Positions 29,901 through 38,389 of a stretch of DNA of 64,000 nucleotides are shown here, one piece after another. Both the position numbers and the translations under genes were made by a program. The stretch is from assembly GCA_040954595.2 (NCBI GenBank), contig CM082585.2, forward strand, positions 3,502,902 through 3,566,901, given 5' to 3'. The DNA is from Balanoglossus misakiensis (Eukaryota; Animalia; Hemichordata). Within the stretch, counting starts at the first letter, position 1. Each line of letters begins with the position of its first letter. The notes beneath the pieces are model-generated. The model was not told the origin of the DNA. It did not search any database and saw only the letters and a list, made by a program, of their open reading frames with translations.

Positions 29901-32900
29901 AAGCGGTCGTGTGTCTGAGCTTCTCCGGCGAGACCTCGCACAAATCCCCGACGAGTTAGAAAGGGAACTCGCGGTGTCGTTCATTAAGCAGGCGTGGTAT
30001 ATAACGCATAGGGATAGGAGAAGGGCGGGCGGAAAGCGGTCGTGTGTCTGAGCTTCCCCGGCGAGACCTCGCACAAATCCCCGACGAGTTAGAAAGGGAA
30101 CTCGCTGTGTCGTTCATTAAGCAGGCGTGGTATATAACGCTTAGGGATAGGAGAATGGCGGAAAGCGGTCGTGTGTCTGAGCTTCCCAGGCGAGACCTCG
30201 CACAAATCCCCGACAAGTTAGAAAGGGAACTCGTGGTGTCGTTCATTAAACAGGCGTGGTATATAACGCTTAGGGATAGGAGAAGGGCGGGCGGAAAGCG
30301 GTCGTGTGTCTGAGCTTCTCCGGCGAGACCTCGCACAAATCCCCGACAAGTTAGAAAGGGAACTCGCAGTGTCGTTCATTAAGCAGGCGTGGAATATAAC
30401 GCATAGGGATAGGAGAAGGGCGGGCGGAAACGGTCGTGTGTCTGAGCTTCTCCGGCGAGACCTCGCACAAATCCCCGCCGAGTTAGAAAGGGAACTCGCG
30501 GTGTCGTTCATTAATCAGGCGTGGTATATAACGCATCGGGATAGGAGAAGGGCGGGCGGTAAGCGGTCGTGTGTCTGAGCTTCTCCGGCGAGACCTCGCA
30601 CAAATCCCCGGCGAGTTAGAAAGGGAACTCGCAGTGTCGTTCATTAAGCAGGCGTGGTATATAACGCATAGGGATAGGAGAAGGGCGGGCGGAAAGCCGT
30701 CGTGTGTCTGAGCTTCTCCGGCGAGACCTCGCACAAATCCCCGCCGAGTTAGAAAGGGAACTCGCGGTGTCGTTCATTAAGCAGGCGTGGTATATAACGC
30801 ATAGGGATAGGAGAAGGGCGGGCGGAAAGCGGTCGTGTGTTTGAGCTTCTCCGGCGAGACCTCGCACAAATCCCCGGCGAGTTAGAAAGGGAACTCGCGG
30901 TGTCGTTCATTAAGCAGGCGTGGTATATAACGCATAGGGATAGGAGAAGGGCGGGCGGAAAGCGGTCGTGTGTCTGAGCTTCTCCGGCGAGACCTCGCAC
31001 AAATCCCCGGCGAGTTAGAAAGGGAACTCGCAGTGTCGTTCATTAAGCAGGCGTGGTATATAACGCATAGGGATAGGAGAAGGGCGGGCGGAAAGCGGTC
31101 GTGTGTCTGAGCTTCTCCGGCGAGACCTCGCACAAATCCCCGACGAGTTAGAAAGGGAACTCGTGGTGTCGTTCATTAAACAGGCGTGGTATATAACGCA
31201 TAGGGATAGGAGAAGGGCGGGCGGAAAGCGGTCGTGTGTCTGAGCTTCTCCGGCGAGACCTCGCACAAATCCCCGACGAGTTAGAAAGGGAACTCGTGGT
31301 GTCGTTCATTAAACAGGCGTGGTATATAACGCATAGGGATAGGAGAAGGGCGGGCGGAAAGCGGTCGTGTGTCTGAGCTACCCCGGCGAGACCTCGCACA
31401 AATCACGCCGAGTTAGAAAGGGAACTCGTGGTGTCGTTCATTAAGCAGGCGTGGTATATAACGCATAGGGATAGGAGAAGGGCGGGCGGAAAGCGGTCGT
31501 GTGTCTGAGCTACCCCGGCGAGACCTCGCACAAATCCCCGCCGAGTTAGAAAGGGAACTCGCGGTGTCGTTCATCAAGCAGGCATGGTATATAACGCATA
31601 GGGATAGGAGAAGGGCGGGCGGAAAGCGGTCGTGTGTCTGAGCTTCTCCGGCGAGACCTCGCACAAATACCAGACGAGTTAGAAAGGGAAATCGTGGTGT
31701 CGTTCATTAAGCAGGCGTGGTATATAACGCATAGGGATAGGAGAAGGGCGGGCGGAAAGCGGTCGTGTGTCTGAGCTACCCCGGCGAGACCTCGCACAAA
31801 TCCCCGCCGAGTTAGAAAGGGAACTCGCGGTGTCGTTCATCAAGCAGGCGTGGTATATAACGCATAGGGATAGGAGAAGGGCGGGCGGAAAGCGGTCGTG
31901 TGTCTGAGCTTCTCCGGCGAGACCTCGCACAAATCCCCGACGAGTTAGAAAGGGAACTCGTGGTGTCGTTCATTAAACAGGCGTGGTATATAACGCATAG
32001 GGATAGGAGAAGGGCGGGCGGAAAGCGGTCGTGTGTCTGAGCTTCCCCGGCGAGACCTCGCACAAATCCCCGACGAGTTAGAAAGGGAACTCGCTGTGTC
32101 GTTCATTAAGCAGGCGTGGTATATAACGCATAGGGATAGGAGAATGGCGGAAAGCGGTCGTGTGTCTGAGCTTCCCCGGCGAGACCTCGCACAAATCCCC
32201 GACAAGTTAGAAAGGGAACTCGTGGTGTCGTTCATTAAACAGGCGTGGTATATAACGCATAGGGATAGGAGAAGGGCGGGCGGAAAGCGGTCGTGTGTCT
32301 GAGCTACCCCGGCGAGACCTCGCACAAATCACGCCGAGTTAGAAAGGGAACTCGTGGTGTCTTTCATTAAACAGGCGTGGTATATAACGCATAGGGATAG
32401 GAGAATGGTGGAAAGCGGTCGTGTGTCTGAGCTTCCCCGGCGAGACCTCGCACAAATCCCCGACAAGTTAGAAAGGGAACTCGCAGTGTCGTTCATTAAG
32501 CAGGCGTGGAATATAACGCATAGGGATAGGAGAAGGGCGGGCGGAAACGGTCGTGTGTCTGAGCTTCTCCGGCGAGACCTCGCACAAATCCCCGCCGAGT
32601 TAGAAAGGGAACTCGCGGTGTCGTTCATTAATCAGGCGTGGTATATAACGCATAGGGATAGGAGAAGGGCGGGCGGAAAGCGGTCGTGTGTCTGAGCTTC
32701 TCCGGCGAGACCTCGCACAAATCCCCGGCGAGTTAGAAAGGGAACTCGCAGTGTCGTTCATTAAGCAGGCGTGGTATATAACGCATAGGGATAGGAGAAG
32801 GGCGGGCGGAAAGCGGTCGTGTGTCTGAGCTTCTCCGGCGAGACCTCGCACAATTCCCCGACGAGATAGAAAGGGAACTCGCGGTGTCGTTCATTAAGCA

Positions 32901-34200
32901 GGCGTGGTATATAACGCATAGGGATAGGAGAAGGGCGGGCGGAAAGCCGTCGTGTGTCTGAGCTTCTCCGGCGAGACCTCGCACAAATCCCCGCCGAGTT
33001 AGAAAGGGAACTCGCGGTGTCGTTCATTAAGCAGGCGTGGTATATAACGCATAGGGATAGGAGAAGGGCGGGCGGAAAGCGGTCGTGTGTCTGAGCTTCT
33101 CCGGCGAGACCTCGCACAAATCCCCGGCGAGTTAGAAAGGGAACTCGCAGTGTCGTTCATTAAGCAGGCGTGGTATATAACGCATAGGGATAGGAGGAGG
33201 GCGGGCGGAAAGCGGTCGTGTGTCTGAGCTTCTCCGGCGAGACCTCGCACAAATCCCCGACGAGTTAGAAAGGGAACTCGTGGTGTCGTTCATTAAACAG
33301 GCGTGGTATATAACGCATAGGGATAGGAGAAGGGCGGGCGGAAAGCGGTCGTGTGTCTGAGCTTCTCCGGCGAGACCTCGCACAAATCCCCGACGAGTTC
33401 GAAAGAGGAACTCGTGGTGTCGTTCATTAAACAGGCGTGGTATATAACGCATAGGGATAGGAGAAGGGCGGGCGGAAAGCGGTCGTGTGTCTGAGCTTCT
33501 CCGGCGAGACCTCGCACAAATCCCCGACGAGTTAGAAAGGGAACTCGTGGTGTCGTTCATTAAACAGGCGTGGTATATAACGCATAGGGATAGGAGAAGG
33601 GCGGGCGGAAAGCGGTCGTGTGTCTGAGCTACCCCGGCGAGACCTCGCACAAATCCCCGCCGAGTTAGAAAGGGAACTCGCGGTGTCGTTCATCAAGCAG
33701 GCGTGGTATATAACGCATAGGGATAGGAGAAGGGCGGGCGGAAAGCGGTCGTGTGTCTGAGCTTCTCCGGCGAGACCTCGCACAAATCCCCGACGAGTTA
33801 GAAAGGGAACTCGCGGTGTCGTTCATTAAGCAGGCGTGGTATATAACGCATAGGGATAGGAGAAGGGCGGGCGGAAAGCGGTCGTGTGTCTGAGCTTCCC
33901 CGGCGAGACCTCGCACAAATCCCCGACGAGTTAGAAAGGGAACTCGCTGTGTCGTTCATTAAGCAGGCGTGGTATATAACGCTTAGGGATAGGAGAATGG
34001 CGGAAAGCGGTCGTGTGTCTGAGCTTCCCCGGCGAGACCTCGCACAAATCCCCGACAAGTTAGAAAGGGAACTCGTGGTGTCGTTCATTAAACAGGCGTG
34101 GTATATAACGCTTAGGGATAGGAGAAGGGCGGGCGGAAAGCGGTCGTGTGTCTGAGCTTCTCCGGCGAGACCTCGCACAAATCCCCGACGAGTTAGAAAG
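24000..34200. repeat. Three related blocks; the last two form a ~3.9-kb duplication
   Basis: ggcggtaag, gtgtttgag and ataccagacg/gggaaatcg variants occur three times, at offsets 2379-2512 and then 3974. Later markers (ggaggagg) recur at offset 3841. Confidence 0.85.
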
Positions 34201-36474
34201 GGAACTCGTGGTGTCGTTCATTAAGCAGGCGTGGTATATAACGCATAGGGATAGGAGAATGGCGGGCGGAAAGCGGTCGTGTGTCTGAGCTTCTCCGGCG
34301 AGACCTCGCACAAATCCCTGCCGAGTTAGAAAGGGAACTCGCGGTGTCGTTCATTAAGCAGGCGTGGTTTATAACGCATAGGGATAGGAGAAGGGCGGGC
34401 GGAAAGCGGTCGTGTGTCTGAGCTTCCCCGGCGAGACCTCGCACAAATCACCGCCGAGTTAGAAAGGGAACTCGAGGTGTCGTTCATTAAGCAGGCGTGG
34501 TATATAACGCATAGGGATAGGAGAATGGCTGGCGGAAAGCGGTCGTGTGTCTGAGCTTCCCCGGCGAGACCTCGCACAAATCCCCGACGAGTTAGAAAGG
34601 GAACTCGCAGTGTCGTTCATAAAACAGGCGTGGTATATAACGCATAGGGATAGGAGAAGGGCGGGCGGAAAGCGGTCGTGTGTCTGAGCTTCCCCGGCGA
34701 GACCTCGCACAAATCCCCGACGAGTTAGAAAGGGAACTCGTGGTGTCGTTCATTAAACAGGCGTGGTATATAACGCATAGGGATAGGAGAAGGGCGGGCG
34801 GAAAGCGGTCGTGTGTCTGAGCTTCTCCGGCGAGACCTCGCACAAATCCCCGCCGAGTTAGAAAGGGAACTCGCGGTGTCGTTCATTAAGCAGGCGTGGT
34901 TTATAACGCATAGGGATAGGAGAAGGGCGGGCGGAAAGCGGTCGTGTGTCTGAGCTTCCCCGGCGAGACCTCGCACAAATCACCGCCGAGTTAGAAAGGG
35001 AACTCGAGGTGTCGTTCATTAAGCAGGCGTGGTATATAACGCATAGGGATAGGAGAATGGCTGGCGGAAAGCGGTCGTGTGTCTGAGCTTCCCCGGCGAG
35101 ACCTCGCACAAATCCCCGACGAGTTAGAAAGGGAACTCGCAGTGTCGTTCATTAAGCAGGCGTGGTATATAACGCATAGGGATAGGAGAAGAGCGGGCGG
35201 AAAGCCGTCGTGTGTCTGAGCTTCCCCGGCGAGACCACGCACAAATCCCCGCCGAGTTAGAAAGGGAACTCTCAGTGTCGTTCATTAAGCGGGCGTGGTA
35301 TATAACGCATAGGGATAGGAGAAGGGCAGGCGGAAAGCCGTCGTGTGTCTGAGCTTCTCCGGCGAGACCTCGCACAAATCCCCGACGAGTTAGAAAGAGA
35401 ACTCGCAGTGTCGTTCATTAAGCAGGCGTGGTATATAACGCATAGGGATAGGAGAAGGGCGGGCGAAAAGCGCTCGTGTGTCTGAGCTTCTCCGGCGAGA
35501 CCTCGCACAAATCCCCGCCGAGTTAGAAAGGGAACTCGCGGTGTCGTTCATAAGCAGGCATGGTATATAACGCATAGGGATATGAGAAGAGCGGGCGGAA
35601 AGCCGTCGTGTGTCTGAGCTTCCCCGGCGAGACCACGCACAAATCCCCGCCGAGTTAGAAAGGGAACTCGTGGTGTCTTCATTAAGCAGGCGTGGTATAT
35701 AACGCATAGGGATAGGAGAAGGGCGGGCGGAAAGCAGTCGTGTGTCTGAGCTTCTTGGGCGAGACCTCGCACAAATCCCCGACGAGTTAGAAATGAAACT
35801 CGCAGTGTCGTTCATTAAGTAGGCGTGGTATATAACGCATAGGGATTGGGGAAGGGCGGGCGGAAAGCGGTCGTGTGTCTGAGCTTCTCCGGCGAGACCT
35901 CGCACAAATCCTCGCCGAGTTAGAAAGTGAACTCGCGGTGTCGTTCATTAAGCAGGCGTGGTTTATAACGCATAGGGATAGGAGAAGGGCGGGCGGAAAG
36001 CGGTCGTGTGTCTGAGCTTCCCCGGCGAGACCTCGCACAAATCACCGCCGAGTTAGAAAGGGAACTCGAGGTGTCGTTCATTAAGAAGGCGTGGTATATA
36101 ACGCATAGGGATAGGAGAATGGCTGGCGGAAAGCGGTCGTGTGTCTGAGCTTCCCCGGCGAGACCTCGCACAAATCCCCGCCGAGTTAGAAAGGGAACTC
36201 GTGGTGTCGTTCATTAAACAGGCGTGGTATATAACGCATAGGGATAGGAGAAGGGCGGGCGGAAAGCGGTCGTGTGTCTGAGCTTCTCCGGCGAGACCGC
36301 GCACAAATTCCCGCCGAGTTAGAAAGGGAACTCGAGGTGTCGTTCATTAAGCAGGCGTGGTATATAACGCATAGGGATAGGAGAAGGGCGGGCGGAAAGA
36401 GGTCGTGTGTCTGAGCTTCCCCGGCGAGTCCTCGCACAAATCCCCGACGAGTTAGAAAGGGAACTCGCAGTGTC

Positions 36475-36604
36475 GTTCATTAAACAGGCGTGGTATATAA
36501 CGTATAGGGATAGGAGAAGGAAAGGGTGGATAGCGGTCGCCTGTTCGAGCTCCCCCGGAAAGACCTCGCACAATTCCCCGACGAGTTAGAAAGGGAACTC
36601 GAAC
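36475..36604 (+). other. Diverged terminal monomer of array A with internal inverted repeats
   Basis: The central part reads ggagaaggaaagggtggatagcggtcgcctgttcgagctcccccggaaagacc, unlike any other monomer. aacaggcg (36483-36490) is the reverse complement of cgcctgtt (36538-36545). gttcgagctccc (36543-36554) matches gggaactcgaac (36593-36604) as an 11/12 inverted repeat. Confidence 0.9.
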
Positions 36605-36609
36605 TTTTT
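36605..36609 (+). terminator. Candidate Pol III-type oligo(T) terminator directly after the terminal stem
   Basis: TTTTT follows the 12-bp inverted repeat immediately. The monomer consensus has no T-run of 3 or more on the + strand. It could also simply be the start of the AT-rich flank. Confidence 0.3.
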
Positions 36610-36689
36610 GGATGCAACTTGAACATATACGTACATACCATGTACAATTGATTGTGGTAGACCATGTGTATAGAGGGATCGTCTCTTGA

Positions 36690-37880
36690 TTTAATGTTGA
36701 GTCTAAATTTGGGCTAAATTTGCCAAATTGAGGCAATTGTGTCTTTCGAATTCCAAAATCATCATTTTAATCAATATCATATGGCGTATGATGTTTTAAA
36801 TATACATATACATCACCCGAACTCCAAAACAAAACGCATTACTTATTATCATTTCTGAAAATGACAATTTTAAACCGAAATGTGGCTAAATGGTATTTTT
36901 TAGTGAATTGGGTCTCAATAAGGCTGTTATGTTGGTATCAGCATACTTTTGCTCAAAATTCATTTTTGATACATCATTACATCCTTGATTGTAAAGAAAA
37001 CATTTTTCTAGGTTTTAAATAACTCTTTTAACGGGGAAAATGGCCAGATGACATTTTTTGTGGGGCTAAAAGCCTGCTTTTTCCAATTATCTCCAGTTTT
37101 AATATAAAATTGACCTTCCATAATATCATCAGATCACCGAATATGAATAAAACAGTTTGTTTTTAATTTTGTCTAAAAATGACCTTTGGGGCAAAAAAAT
37201 GCCCAAAAGGGCGTTTTTATATCTTGAGTAGGGTCAATCAGACTGCTTTTTGGGAATATCCACCAGATTTTACATAGAATAGGCATATTATACGTTATCA
37301 GATCTCCGAATGTGAAAAAAACAGTTTGTTTTTGTGTTTTCTAAAAATGACCCTTTGAGGCAAAAATGGCCAATTTGTCTCGAGTGGGATCAAAAAGACT
37401 GCTTTTCCTGAAGTCAGCACCAAATTCTAATATGTAGTTGTCATACTCAAATCTCCTATCATCAAGAAAACAGTCTGATGTTAGCTTTTGTCTGAAAATG
37501 AACTTTTGGGGCAAAAACTTGCCAAAGAGGGACTTTTGTAATGAGAAGCGGTCAATAAAACTTTTTTTTACTAGTAGTCAAATTGTACAATGAATGGGCA
37601 TATAATAGATCATCAGATCTCCGATTCTAAAGAAAACATTTAGTTTTAATTGTTTTCTTCAGAAAATGACACTTTTTGGGGTAAAAGTGGCCAAATGGCA
37701 AATTTTGCTTGTGTGACGTCAATCAGACAGCTTTTTTTTAAAATGATGGATAAGCACCGATTTTTACAGAGAATCAACTTTTCATACATCAGCAGGTCTC
37801 CGAGTGTGAAGAAAACAATTTATATTTTTTTTCAAAAAAATTACCTTTGACATCCCCAAAGTGGCCAAAATAACATCTTC
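36690..37880. repeat. Old degenerate AT-rich tandem repeat, ~7 units of ~150-180 bp (mean ~165 bp)
   Basis: atcagatc(a/t)ccga-like motifs occur at 37128, 37297, 37446, 37612 and 37791, with weaker copies near 36810 and 36975. aaaatgac..tttgggg(c/t)aaaa..gcca-like motifs occur at ~37185, 37354, 37505 and 37675, with weaker copies at ~36710, 36860, 37030 and 37850. Confidence 0.85.
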
Positions 37881-38174
37881 TGTATTGAGTACGGCCTAAA
37901 CCCCACACACTCAAGCAGGAAACGGGCTCTTCCTCCCGATTGGCAGGAAACGATGCGCCCGTACAGAGTTGGGCTATTGTAAGCTCCGTCGATCGGTTTC
38001 GCAATCGTTTACACCGGTAAGAACGGGTGCTCAGGGCTTCAACGGGCCTGCTCACATCTTCCCCCGCCAAGGGAGTGGTAAAAGTCCCGTACTCAGAATC
38101 GGATTTGTATGTCCCTCCGCGGGTATGCGCGCCGGAACTATATATAAGGAGAAGTGGACCTTCACAAATTCCCG
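37881..38174 (+). promoter_or_regulatory. Unique GC-rich leader, promoter-like region upstream of array B
   Basis: Composition shifts abruptly from the AT-rich repeat. Contains ATTGG (reverse CCAAT) at 37939-37943, a gcaggaaacg direct repeat at 37915 and 37943, multiple ACGGG/CCCGT motifs, and TATATATAAG at 38139-38148. Function is inferred from motifs only. Confidence 0.45.
38139..38148 (+). promoter_or_regulatory. TATA-box-like element about 30 nt upstream of the first full monomer
   Basis: tatatataag lies in a GC-rich context. TATAAG starts at 38143, 31 nt before the GG at 38174. It may instead be a remnant of the monomer's own tatataa. Confidence 0.4.
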
Positions 38175-38389
38175 GTTCATTAAGCAGGCGTGGTATATAA
38201 CACATAGGGATAGGAGAAGGGCGGGCGGAAAGCGGTCGTGTGTCTGAGCTTCTCCGACGAGACCTCGCACAAATCCCCGACGAGTTAGAAAGGGAACTCG
38301 TGGTGTCGTTCATTAAACAGGCGTGGTATATAACGCATAGGGATAGGAGAAGGGCGGGCGGAAAGCGGTCGTGTGTCTGAGCTACCCCG

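Larger units (their letters stand above)
1..36601. repeat. Tandem array A of a 133-bp GC-rich satellite-like monomer (~275 copies, open at the left edge of the window)
   Basis: The consensus gttcattaagcaggcgtggtatataacgcatagggataggagaagggcgggcggaaagcggtcgtgtgtctgagcttctccggcgagacctcgcacaaatccccgccgagttagaaagggaactcgcggtgtc recurs every 133 bp, with length variants of 117, 129, 132 and 134 bp. ORF-track starts step by 133. Homology ends at ...gggaactcg (36601). Confidence 0.99.

Noticed and set aside
36575-36600. Hammerhead-like ccgacga-gtta-gaaa in the monomer
   Set aside because: The core deviates from CUGANGA, and stems I and II cannot be formed. The minus-strand ttaatga/ttgatga has no GAAA partner. 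No HDV, twister or pistol topology was found by eye.
36475-36609. tRNA, 5S rRNA, U6/U6atac or vault RNA identity
   Set aside because: There is no cloverleaf or recognisable conserved sequence, only loose A/B-box-like motifs.
38139-38150. rDNA intergenic spacer with a plant-type Pol I start (TATATAAGG)
   Set aside because: No rRNA sequence occurs in 64 kb, and the motif is followed directly by more than 25 kb of repeat.
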